A stretch of DNA of 64,000 bases. It comes from an uncultured Gammaproteobacteria bacterium (GTDB lineage: Bacteria; Patescibacteriota; Microgenomatia; UBA8517). This document shows, piece by piece, positions 45,190-54,284 of this stretch. The notes beneath the pieces are model-generated. The model had not been told where the DNA came from and made no database searches. It was given only the letters and a program-made list of their open reading frames with translations. The first letter of the stretch is position 1. Every line of letters begins with the position of its first letter. The stretch covers positions 213,862 to 277,861 of the forward strand of contig CAZOVJ010000002.1 of the NCBI GenBank assembly GCA_964583685.1, written 5' to 3'. A program made the position numbers and the translations under genes.

Positions 45190-45762
45190 GTGAACAAACC
45201 AAGACCCAACAAGGCAGAGAAAAAGTTTTTGAATTTAGCATACAACAAGTTTTACGACATTTTTGATGAGATTGCCAATGACTCCTTTTGGAAGAAAAGT
45301 GATTATTACAGATTATGTAAAATTAAAGAAGCCTTTTCTTTGTATTCCGAACTTCTTAATTATCCACCAATAGGTTGGTTTATAGAGCAATTAAAGGAGA
45401 ACCGTCCCCCAATGGAGGCAGAGATAGGTGGTGAACTATTTCGTTTTGTCAGAAATGTTATGGTTCACTTTCCCTTATTTGAAGGCTGGAATGAAATTTG
45501 GATAGATAAAGATATTGTAAATTGGCACAAAAAAGGATTGTCCATTGATAGGTTTCTTAAAAAATACGATGGACATAAAGTGGTTAAATATAGAATTTGG
45601 GAAGCAGCAAAAAAGAAAATGACTTATATAAGTATAAAATTTCCTAAAAGCTACAAAAAGGGCAAGAAGGTTTACCTAAGGGATGTTATTGAAGAAAAAG
45701 ATGGAATTTGGTTTTCGGTAGTTTTTATGAAAAAAATCCTGGACCCTCAAATTGAACAATGA
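45190..45762 (+). CDS. Hypothetical protein (190 aa)
   Basis: GTG start 3 nt after a TATAAT hexamer; start uncertain. Confidence 0.4.
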   Translation: MNKPRPNKAEKKFLNLAYNKFYDIFDEIANDSFWKKSDYYRLCKIKEAFSLYSELLNYPPIGWFIEQLKENRPPMEAEIGGELFRFVRNVMVHFPLFEGWNEIWIDKDIVNWHKKGLSIDRFLKKYDGHKVVKYRIWEAAKKKMTYISIKFPKSYKKGKKVYLRDVIEEKDGIWFSVVFMKKILDPQIEQ

Positions 45763-45776
45763 TGGAAACTGGCTTC

Positions 45777-46436
45777 TTATAACAATTCAGAAGGGCGATA
45801 TTTATTCATTCCTGGGTTTGGCCATATTTCCCCAATGAATACCCGTTCACTTGAAACACTATAAAACATTACTGCCGAAAATGGATAGTTTTTAGAATTG
45901 AAACGCTTGGAAATTATTTCCCAATCCACAAAACTGACATCCTCAGGAATTATTAGCAACTTTGTGTTTGTTTTTGTGTACCGCCGAGGTATTTCCTTGT
46001 TAAGGTATTCTAAAAGAGTTTCTGTTATGTCTCCCTTTTTATGTTTTCTAAAGCGTTTTAATTGAAACGCAATACCTTTGGAAGTTTTCCTGTCCATATA
46101 TTTTATTTTTCCTGGGCTTATTACAACATCTATTGGAGTATTAGAGTCGGTATATCTTCTCAAAATCTCTCTAATTAACAACAGATTCGCCTTTCCTTTA
46201 TCTGGTATGTCTCTCGCATATTTATCTTTTAGCTTAAATCCTATTAGGGTATCGGTTTTCCACAATTTACGGTAGAAACCACTTAATAGTAAACTTATTA
46301 TTAATTCGTAGTTTTGGGAATCAGACTTTATGTTAACTTTTTTTAATAATGCCTTTAAAGTTCGTCTCTTAATAAAAAATGTCTCCACAAGACCTATTAT
46401 ATTAGATGTTGTGAAGATAAAAGGTTCTGACTTCAT
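45777..46436 (-). CDS. Hypothetical protein (219 aa)
   Basis: Convergent with previous gene; start abuts conserved 132-nt intergenic block. Confidence 0.4.
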   Translation of the reverse strand: MKSEPFIFTTSNIIGLVETFFIKRRTLKALLKKVNIKSDSQNYELIISLLLSGFYRKLWKTDTLIGFKLKDKYARDIPDKGKANLLLIREILRRYTDSNTPIDVVISPGKIKYMDRKTSKGIAFQLKRFRKHKKGDITETLLEYLNKEIPRRYTKTNTKLLIIPEDVSFVDWEIISKRFNSKNYPFSAVMFYSVSSERVFIGEIWPNPGMNKYRPSELL

Positions 46437-46616
46437 CCACGATAAGATTTCGTGCTTTATGTAGAAAGAAAATTACGCTGATAATCTGGATGAAGAATTA
46501 GAAACGGGCTTGGTACTTCTGTGTAATGCCTGATGAAATAGTTTCTGTATTTATATATATTAGGGAGCTAGCTTCAGAAAACCTATTTAGCGGGCTTTAT
46601 TTGGTAGAATAGAAGT

Positions 46617-47330
46617 ATGAGAGTTGGGTTGGTGATTGCTAAAGATGAGAAAGATTTATCTGAACTGAGAAAGTTCGTTCTTGAAACAAAAGAGGTAGAT
46701 TTGTTTCTTTTCCCCGAGGGATATTTAGATGCAGCCCAGCTTGATGAAGCATCGGAAATCGTGGCAAGGTCAAGTAAGTGGCTTGTAACTAGCTATTCTG
46801 ATGAAAGAAAAAAGAGAAAAATTGAGGTGGGAGTTGTATTTAATAGGAGAGGTAAAATAGTTGGCAAGCACGCTAAGACGACTTTAACCCGAGATGAGAT
46901 AAAAAAGGGTTACGTCTCGGGCAAAAGTATTGAAATTATCAAAACAGAATTTGGGAAAATAGGAATCTGTGTTTGTTACGAGATGCATTTTCCTGAAATA
47001 GCTCGGGAATACAAACTCCAAGGTGCAAGAGCGATTTTCAACCCCGTCGGGACAGGAATGTATAACGAGGAACAATATAGGCTTTGGGCTTCGTTGGGTA
47101 AAACCAGAGCTTATGAAAATGGAGTTTACACCTTTGGCTGCAGCCACCTTAGCGATGCGATTCCAATAGCCTACGCTTATGATAAAGATGGAATTGAGCT
47201 ACTAAAAGCAAGGGCTGTAAATAAGCTCTTTATACTTAATGTTCCTGTTGAGGAGATGACGAGGAAAGATGATAGGTGTAGTTTGATAACCAAAAGAACT
47301 CCCAAGCTTTATAAAAACCTTTCTAGGTAA
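46617..47330 (+). CDS. Carbon-nitrogen hydrolase (nitrilase superfamily) protein
   Basis: Catalytic triad context LFLFPEGYL (Glu), K, GICVCYEMHFPE (Cys). Confidence 0.6.
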   Translation: MRVGLVIAKDEKDLSELRKFVLETKEVDLFLFPEGYLDAAQLDEASEIVARSSKWLVTSYSDERKKRKIEVGVVFNRRGKIVGKHAKTTLTRDEIKKGYVSGKSIEIIKTEFGKIGICVCYEMHFPEIAREYKLQGARAIFNPVGTGMYNEEQYRLWASLGKTRAYENGVYTFGCSHLSDAIPIAYAYDKDGIELLKARAVNKLFILNVPVEEMTRKDDRCSLITKRTPKLYKNLSR

Positions 47331-47437
47331 CTAAACTAGTTCGAACTTCGTCCACGATAGAGTAACTTCAAGCTCAATTTGATGGGCTTTCTGATTTTTA
47401 ATTTTCGCTAGCGATGATGTTTTGGTAGAATTAACAT

Positions 47438-48109
47438 ATGAGTACTACAATAGATTGTCTTAGAACCAGGAGGAGTATCAGGGTTTATAAACCAGACCCA
47501 ATCCCCAAAGAGATTTTAAAGAAAATCTTCGAGGCGGCAGAACATGCACCTTCTTCTAAAAATACCAGACCTTGGGAATACTATGTTTTAACCGGGAAAG
47601 AAAAAGACCATATTTGCGATATAGTTGTTGAAGAATATCCCAAGAGAAAAGGCCCTTTCAGGAAGCGAGAAGAGTATGCACCCGCTAAATCCGTTAGCGA
47701 TGATAGAAATATTGATGATTTTCGGACTGCCAGAATAATGACGAATATCGGCAGTACAGTCTTTATTCGTCAGGCTCCAGCTCTGGTTTTAGTATTCAAT
47801 AAGGCTCCATACACTGCCGGAGAGCAAGATGTCATCGATGAAGCAGGAAAAGAGGCGCTTTTGGCCTATTGCGTTGAAATTCAAGGCGTGGCGGCTTTTA
47901 TTTATAGCCTTTTATTGGCCGCTCACGAACTTGGCTTGGGTGGTTGCTGGATTGCCGATATCAATTTCTGTCGGGACAAAATCAAAAAATACATTGGCAC
48001 AGACAACGATTTGGTTGCAGGCGTGGTTTTGGGCTATCCTGAAACTAAGGTTCCCCCTAAGAAAATTTCTTTGGATGAGCGAAAATTAGCTTCCTGGAAG
48101 AAGAAATAG
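47438..48109 (+). CDS. Nitroreductase-family protein
   Basis: RRSIRVYKPDPIPKEILKKIFEAAEHAPSSKNTRPWEY: nitroreductase signature. Confidence 0.7.
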   Translation: MSTTIDCLRTRRSIRVYKPDPIPKEILKKIFEAAEHAPSSKNTRPWEYYVLTGKEKDHICDIVVEEYPKRKGPFRKREEYAPAKSVSDDRNIDDFRTARIMTNIGSTVFIRQAPALVLVFNKAPYTAGEQDVIDEAGKEALLAYCVEIQGVAAFIYSLLLAAHELGLGGCWIADINFCRDKIKKYIGTDNDLVAGVVLGYPETKVPPKKISLDERKLASWKKK

Positions 48110-48193
48110 TTTCTGACCTTGCCCATCAGGTGGAGCTAGCTTCAGAAGCCCAGTTTCCTGGGCTTTTTTGGTTTGTGGTAGAATATTGCCAGC

Positions 48194-49291
48194 ATGCTTT
48201 CAGATATTTCTCCTCTTATTAGCAAGGTAAGCGAGGGGCAGAACCTAACAGCAGCGGAGACAGAAAGGGCTCTTGATACTGTTATTGAAGAAGACAAAGA
48301 GGGATGGTTTGCTTGGTCACTTCTTCTTGCACTCCATACCAAAGGGGAAACAGGAGATGAGTTCCTAGGATTTTGCAAGAGCTATGTAAAACGCCTTCCT
48401 AAACTTAACCCAAAAATTGACATTGATAACACCACTGACACTTCTGGGACCGGAGGAGATAAGTTAAAGACCTTCAATATTAGCACGACGGCCTCTGTGG
48501 TGCTTGCTGGAGCAGGTGTCACAGTAGCCAAACAAGCGTTTTTTGCTGTCACGGGATTCTCTGGGAGTGCTGAGATATTCGGGGCATTTGGAGTGGATGT
48601 CTTAAAAATAAGACTTCAACAAGTGGAAAAGACTCTGGAGACGATTGGGATTTGTCCATATCTTAAAGAAGTTTTAGTTGAGAAAACTGGTCTTGAGAAT
48701 CTGATGGTCACAAAAAAAGTCTCGGATATGGGGCTAAAGCTAGTTTCTCCTCTCCATATTGTTGCCAATGTAGTCGCACCAATTAAAATGAAAAGGAGAG
48801 TTTACGGTTGCACTTGGAGAAAATATTTGCCTGTTTTAGCTGAGCTTTTTCAAAAGCTGGGATACACAAAGGGAATGGTCGTTCATGGCGTGGACGGAAT
48901 CGATGAGATGTCAAATATTGGCAAGACAGAGATTGTAGAGTATACAGCAAAAAGGACAAAGGCCTACAAACTTAGCCCAGCTGACTTAGGAATTAGAAAA
49001 GCAAAATTTGAGGATATTAAAGCCATTAGCAAAGAGCGAAATGTGATTGACTTCTTACGAATCCTTTACGGGAAAGAGAAAAGTCCCAGAAGAGATATTG
49101 TTCTTGCCAACACCGCTGCTTCTTTATATGTTATGGGTAAGGTTAAAAACTTGAGTGAGGGGGTGGCGATGGCAGGAGAAGTTATAGACGAGGGGTTAGC
49201 CTTTAAGAAATTAGAACAACTAGTAAAAGCTTTAGGAGATGAAAAGCAGCTTGAGAATTGGAAGAAGAAAGCTGGTTTAGCTTCAAACTAG
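48194..49291 (+). CDS. Glycosyl transferase family 3 / anthranilate phosphoribosyltransferase-like (TrpD homolog)
   Basis: DTSGTGGDKLKTFNISTTASVVLAGAG: TrpD GTGGD...FNIST motif. Confidence 0.65.
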   Translation: MLSDISPLISKVSEGQNLTAAETERALDTVIEEDKEGWFAWSLLLALHTKGETGDEFLGFCKSYVKRLPKLNPKIDIDNTTDTSGTGGDKLKTFNISTTASVVLAGAGVTVAKQAFFAVTGFSGSAEIFGAFGVDVLKIRLQQVEKTLETIGICPYLKEVLVEKTGLENLMVTKKVSDMGLKLVSPLHIVANVVAPIKMKRRVYGCTWRKYLPVLAELFQKLGYTKGMVVHGVDGIDEMSNIGKTEIVEYTAKRTKAYKLSPADLGIRKAKFEDIKAISKERNVIDFLRILYGKEKSPRRDIVLANTAASLYVMGKVKNLSEGVAMAGEVIDEGLAFKKLEQLVKALGDEKQLENWKKKAGLASN

Positions 49292-49610
49292 TCCGAACTT
49301 CCTCAGCACCATTCACTTCGTTCAGGTACGGGGCAGGCGTCCACGATAAGACCTCGTGCTTTATGCAGGAAGAAAACTGTGTTGATATTCTGGGTGAAGA
49401 ATTAAATATGGGCATGGTACTTCTGTATAGTGCTTAATGAAATAGTTTCTGTATTTATATATATTAGGGAGCCCTGAATAAAAAGAGCCTATGTATGACT
49501 CTTTTTTATTTACTTTGCCTGTTTCCCTCCCTGTATCCAAAAATCTCAACCGATCCAAAGTCATCCGGGTTTCAAGAGGAAGATATTCTTACAAGAAATA
49601 ATCTCCAGGC

Positions 49611-49638
49611 TTGACGTCTTTAATATTTTTGTTATAAT
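49611..49638 (+). promoter_or_regulatory. Consensus sigma-70 promoter TTGACG-N16-TATAAT
   Basis: TTGACG 49611-49616, TATAAT 49633-49638; about 350 nt upstream of the next ATG (49991). Confidence 0.5.
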
Positions 49639-49990
49639 ACCTCTAATTTAATAATCAGGGAGGGATGGACAATTGCTGCCCATCCTTTTTGATTATTAAA
49701 GACCAATTTTTTCAAGTAAAGTGGAAGGCTTTTAACGGCAAAGCGCCAAATAAGGCCTGACACAATGCTTTTAAAATATTCAGTTTTAGTCCCGAATCGT
49801 CGGGAGCACCTTAACAAGTAAATAATGGATAAGAAATAGCGCCGTTGTCCCTCTGTGATAAAAACCCTGAGTTCTATTAGTGAAGGAGTTATCAGCCAGT
49901 CACCTGTGTCCTGAGAGAAATCAAAGGACTCCTGAGGTGACCCAGTTGTGTGTCAATTTGACACCGACAAAAAAGATAAGGAGAGAGAAA

Positions 49991-50335
49991 ATGAACTGGG
50001 TTATTAACATCATCTTTTGCCTGATCACAGCGGTAAACTTCACTTTATATGCCTTGGCATTCCGTAAGGTTGGTCCAGCCGAAATATCATTTAACTATGT
50101 TTTTTCGGTTTTGACTAATCCTTTCTTTGTCTTGGCCCTGGTGATGGCACTGCTCGGCTCAATCCTCCGGATGGCAGTATTTACTGCCTTTGGGGTAATG
50201 CGCTCAGCTGTCGTTTCTGAGATGACAGTGGTCTTTACGCTGGTGTTAGCTTTCTTGGTTTTTCAGGAAAAGCTTGACCTACGCTTCTTCGTAGGAACAG
50301 GCTTCATCCTGATCGGTGTCTACCTCCTCAGCTAA
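49991..50335 (+). CDS. Small 4-TM DMT/EamA-like (ArnE/F-like) membrane protein
   Basis: ATG 49991 with RBS AAGGAGAGAG; ORF-track start 49880 is a likely over-extension; four hydrophobic helices. Confidence 0.5.
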   Translation: MNWVINIIFCLITAVNFTLYALAFRKVGPAEISFNYVFSVLTNPFFVLALVMALLGSILRMAVFTAFGVMRSAVVSEMTVVFTLVLAFLVFQEKLDLRFFVGTGFILIGVYLLS

Positions 50336-50385
50336 ACCAGGTTTTCTCCGCAGAGTCAAACGCAAATCTACTGAAAGGAGAGAGT

Positions 50386-51549
50386 GTGATGAAAATCCTG
50401 TTGGTATCCAACTTCATTCCTGGTGGGAGGCCTGTCAGCGAATATTGTTACTACTTGGTTGAGGCACTCAGAAAAATTGACGAGATAGCAGAAATCACGG
50501 TGTTAGCGGATATTGTTCAAGGAAAGCCTCCAATTACGAGAGATGGAAAAGTTACTATCCGGAGGTGCTGGGAGTTTAATTCGCACCTCACGCCGTGGAG
50601 GGTGGCAAAAACCATCAGGTCGCTTAACCCTGAAATCTGCTGGTTCAACATCACTCTTGGTAGCTTTGGTATGACGACAGCCAACTTTGCAGGTCTCTTG
50701 TCGCCACTAATTGTAGAACGGCTGCTCGGCATACCGTGTTTGATCACCCTCCATAACATTGTTGATCTAACTGATACTCGGGAAACGAAGTTTCGTGGAG
50801 GAAAACTAACAATTCTTGGAGCAAGGATTGCAACTAGGATCTTGTGTAAGGCAAGCCTGGTTTCCGTTCTTCTTCCAGAATACGAACCAATCTTAAGGAG
50901 AAGATATGGTGCCATGGATGTCAAGATCGTTCCTCTCGGGACCCTGGGTCAACCCATAAACTGGCCGTATAATTCTGAGACAAAGCGCATCCTCAGTCTC
51001 GGTATATTTGGGACCCACAAGAGGCTCGAAACCACACTTGAAGCGATGGAAAGTCTGTACGCAGGAGATCCTACTATAAAACTGACCATAGTGGGAGGAT
51101 CCAATGTCCATAACCCAGACTATCTCGCAAAACTCCAGCAAAAATTCAGGTCACTTCCGAATGTCGATTTTGTAGGATACGTTCCAGAGGATTGTGTCGC
51201 TGATGTTTTTAGGGAATGCAGGGCTGTGATTTTACCCTACCAAACAATTGGAGGCGAATCGGCTACCCTCATCCAGGCAGGGATGTACGCAAGACCAATC
51301 CTTGTATCCGACCTACCTTTGTTTCGTCGCAAGGCAGAGGATGGGTATATTCTCAACTTCTTCGACGTCAATGATCCTGAAAGTATCAAGGAGGCAATCC
51401 TGGCCCTACTTCGGCAAGACCAAGAAACACTAGCCAGGCAAGGTAAACAAAACTTTCGGGCTGCGACATCCTATCCGATGAGTGAAGTTGCTCAAATCTA
51501 CGTAGACTTGATTGAGGAAATCCTTAACAAGAAAGAAGGAGGTGTGTGA
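50386..51549 (+). CDS. Glycosyltransferase family 4 (GT-B) protein
   Basis: C-terminal GT4 pattern ...AVILPYQTIGGESATLIQAGMYARPILVSDLPLF... Confidence 0.65.
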   Translation: MMKILLVSNFIPGGRPVSEYCYYLVEALRKIDEIAEITVLADIVQGKPPITRDGKVTIRRCWEFNSHLTPWRVAKTIRSLNPEICWFNITLGSFGMTTANFAGLLSPLIVERLLGIPCLITLHNIVDLTDTRETKFRGGKLTILGARIATRILCKASLVSVLLPEYEPILRRRYGAMDVKIVPLGTLGQPINWPYNSETKRILSLGIFGTHKRLETTLEAMESLYAGDPTIKLTIVGGSNVHNPDYLAKLQQKFRSLPNVDFVGYVPEDCVADVFRECRAVILPYQTIGGESATLIQAGMYARPILVSDLPLFRRKAEDGYILNFFDVNDPESIKEAILALLRQDQETLARQGKQNFRAATSYPMSEVAQIYVDLIEEILNKKEGGV

Positions 51550-53318
51550 TGGACAGGCGGCTTATAATAGCCATTTCCGTAATTACCCTCTTGAACCTCC
51601 CCCTAATGGCTAGCCTCTTTTTCGACAACAACTGGGACAGTGAAACCCACCTCTTCTTTGCGGATCATTACCGTAGAGATTGGTTTGATCCCTGGGAGGA
51701 AAAGTGGTATGGCGGCTTTTGGGTTTATAGCTATCCGCCGTTAACCCATCAGCTAATCGCTATCTTTTCCCTTCCCTTCGGGTTAGAGGTGGGATACAAA
51801 TTGGTTCAAGGCCTTTCTCTCTCAGCTTTCCCTTTAGCTGTGTGGTTACTTGCCAAGGAGGTGGTAGGTAAGAAGTATGCAGGATGGGCTGCCTTACTCA
51901 GTACGGGGGTGGCGGGCGTCTATGTCATTCTTTACACGTTCGGACAGCTTCCCGCCTTCTTGGCCCTGGTGTTTGTCTTGATAGCAGGAACTTTTCTCGC
52001 CCGTTATCTAAAATCGGGTGGGTTAATTCCGCTATTCGGGTGGTTCTTCTTTACAGGAACGACTGCTGCAACACACCATCACACTGCTTTTGTAATGCTG
52101 CCAATGCTGGCAAGTGTTTTAGCTCTTCAAAACTGGATTACCAAGCCATTCAGCTTTTCAAGATTCCTGTTTCGGCCAGCAATAGCTGCACTGCTGTTCG
52201 TCTTCGTGGTAGCAGTAGCCATCGCCCCATTCTGGTGGTGGTTCTCCACCCAAAGCCTACCCCAAGCCGAGATACCCCATCCCACTCGGGAAAATATCTT
52301 CAGAGTCTGCCGTGAGTCACGGATGTTCTTCTGGGATATGTATGGAGGCATCCTGGTTTTACTGCCTGTTGGATTCTGGGTTACAGTTCGTCGGCGAGAC
52401 CTATGGCCACTAGGAATCTTCATTGTTTTCTTGGGAATACTAGGGCTAGGGGGACTCACCATCGTACCAGAGGTGGTTTTCCAGAGATGGTGGAGGGTGT
52501 TCACCTATGAACGGTTTCCCTTGTGGGCTGCTGTTCTCAGCCTGATACCAATCAGTGTTTGGGTAGGAAACTTGGAAAGGCGCGGCATTTGGCGATACAC
52601 CACAATCTCTCTCTCATTACTTCTAGCAATAGGGACAATGAGGGCAATCTCATTCCCATTAGATAATGATGACCTCTTACCAAAACCGCTAAAGAGGTGG
52701 GAGGAGACAGAGATAGTCAAATTCCTAGAGGTTGATGGTCATTCCCAATGGAACTACGTCACTTTTGGACTAGGAGAATCGCAACTTGCTCGACTTTCCA
52801 GACTTACTTCTGCTCGAACCATAGATGGTTTCTTCCACCAGGCCCGCTGGAGAGTAGAACAGAGAGAATCTGGTGTTGGAACGATCGACAGCTCTCCTTG
52901 GGCGGGGGAGGAAAGCTATAGCCTTCTTTTCCCAATTCTCCAACGTCCCTGGGAGTGGAGTCTCAGGTGGGCTATAGTCGCTAATTCATGGGCAGAGGAG
53001 CACTTACGAAATTCCGGCTGGTCACTCCTTCGCCCTGCTGATTGGTCACTCCTTCACCCTATTGGCTCCGACGATTCATATAAACTAGGAGACCCGGCTT
53101 ACAGTCTAGTCACGGTCTGGGAAGCACCAAATGAAGTACCTATCCCGGAGGTTGAACCAGGCCAACAAGTAGGTCCGCCCTACTACCCACAAAGTAGTCC
53201 TGTCAAGCAATTCGTCAAACAATTCCTGCCTTACTTGTGGGGTTTGGTACCTCTGTTTCTTCTAGTCGGAGGACTTTGGGTAATGTACTGGGAAGTGTGG
53301 AATCAAAAAACTGAATAG
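51546..53318 (+). CDS. Polytopic membrane protein, putative GT-C-type glycosyltransferase
   Basis: 590 aa, more than 10 TM, aromatic-rich loops; start overlaps GT4 stop. Confidence 0.45.
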   Translation: MMDRRLIIAISVITLLNLPLMASLFFDNNWDSETHLFFADHYRRDWFDPWEEKWYGGFWVYSYPPLTHQLIAIFSLPFGLEVGYKLVQGLSLSAFPLAVWLLAKEVVGKKYAGWAALLSTGVAGVYVILYTFGQLPAFLALVFVLIAGTFLARYLKSGGLIPLFGWFFFTGTTAATHHHTAFVMLPMLASVLALQNWITKPFSFSRFLFRPAIAALLFVFVVAVAIAPFWWWFSTQSLPQAEIPHPTRENIFRVCRESRMFFWDMYGGILVLLPVGFWVTVRRRDLWPLGIFIVFLGILGLGGLTIVPEVVFQRWWRVFTYERFPLWAAVLSLIPISVWVGNLERRGIWRYTTISLSLLLAIGTMRAISFPLDNDDLLPKPLKRWEETEIVKFLEVDGHSQWNYVTFGLGESQLARLSRLTSARTIDGFFHQARWRVEQRESGVGTIDSSPWAGEESYSLLFPILQRPWEWSLRWAIVANSWAEEHLRNSGWSLLRPADWSLLHPIGSDDSYKLGDPAYSLVTVWEAPNEVPIPEVEPGQQVGPPYYPQSSPVKQFVKQFLPYLWGLVPLFLLVGGLWVMYWEVWNQKTE

Positions 53319-53404
53319 TGAGAAATAAAGATCACGATTCGCCGTAGGCGAAATTTGCTGTTCTCACCAGCAAGTACCGAAAGGTTAAAGTGATCTTGTT
53401 CCGT

Positions 53405-53436
53405 CAAAAAACCCACCCTAAAGGTGGGTTTTTTGT
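53405..53436. terminator. Bidirectional rho-independent terminator
   Basis: AAAAA-CCCACC-ctaaa-GGTGGG-TTTTTTG. Confidence 0.6.
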
Positions 53437-53786
53437 TTCAGACTATTGATATTTTTTAGTGTCCTCAACAACCAGGATGTGGTAGGAGATAGTACGTTTA
53501 TTTTACAAGCCCGCCGCAAATGCAAGTCCTTGCACGCTTCAGAAAGCCCAACTGCTCCAATCCCACATCGGAATTGGTTGACATTTTGTATAAGCGAGAA
53601 ATCAGAGGTGACAAACCAAAACCAGGACACGAGCAGGATATTGCCAATCTAAGATTGATTACTCATGCTAGAGAAGTTGAAGCTAGGCTTGCAGAATAAG
53701 TCCTTTAGGGGGAGCCATCTTTCGCCAGGGCTTCAGAGTGGCAAGCCACGCATTTTTTGGCCTCAAATTTTATTACTCCAAATAAG

Positions 53787-54227
53787 ATGATAGAACCTGA
53801 TATAATTTTCTCAATGAAAATAGGTGTTGTTGGTAGCATGCAGTACACAGAAGAAATGATGGGATTCCGTGATGAGTTGGCTAAATTGGGCCATGATGCC
53901 TTTTTAACAAACTTGGCCACGCCTTTTGTTGGGAAAGGCAATGAGGAAAAAGAAAAAATAAAAATACACCAAAAGCAAAACATGGATGCCATACGAGAAT
54001 TTTGGAATTTAATGCAAGGTGCGGATGCGATTTTAGTTGTGAACCTGGATAAGCATGGAATCAAGAATTACATTGGTGGAAACACTCTCATGGAAATAGG
54101 ATTTGCTCATGTTCTTGATCAGAAGATATTCTTACTCAATCCCATACCAGACATTCCTTATTACAAAACTGAAATCGAAGCCGTAAAGCCTATTATTATC
54201 GACGGAGATTTAAGCAAAATTAAATAG
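53787..54227 (+). CDS. Nucleoside 2-deoxyribosyltransferase-like protein
   Basis: KIGVVGS...DAILVVN...GGNTLMEIGFAHV pattern; ORF-track start 53757 is TTG, so first ATG used. Confidence 0.45.
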   Translation: MIEPDIIFSMKIGVVGSMQYTEEMMGFRDELAKLGHDAFLTNLATPFVGKGNEEKEKIKIHQKQNMDAIREFWNLMQGADAILVVNLDKHGIKNYIGGNTLMEIGFAHVLDQKIFLLNPIPDIPYYKTEIEAVKPIIIDGDLSKIK

Positions 54228-54284
54228 AAAACTAGTCCGAACTTCCCACCAAATTAGGTTTTTTTGGTTTGGTAGAATAAAGAT

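Noticed and set aside
49203-49564. Two small minus-strand ORFs (70 and 67 aa) in the 700-nt noncoding region
   Set aside because: They span the duplicated 132-nt intergenic block and promoter-like sequence; more likely noncoding.
45061-54284. Integron (IntI + attC) interpretation of the cassette-like array
   Set aside because: No tyrosine integron integrase in the window; the repeated modules lack the attC R-double-prime/L-double-prime ... L-prime/R-prime (GTTRRRY) core organisation; the only recombinase is a serine integrase.
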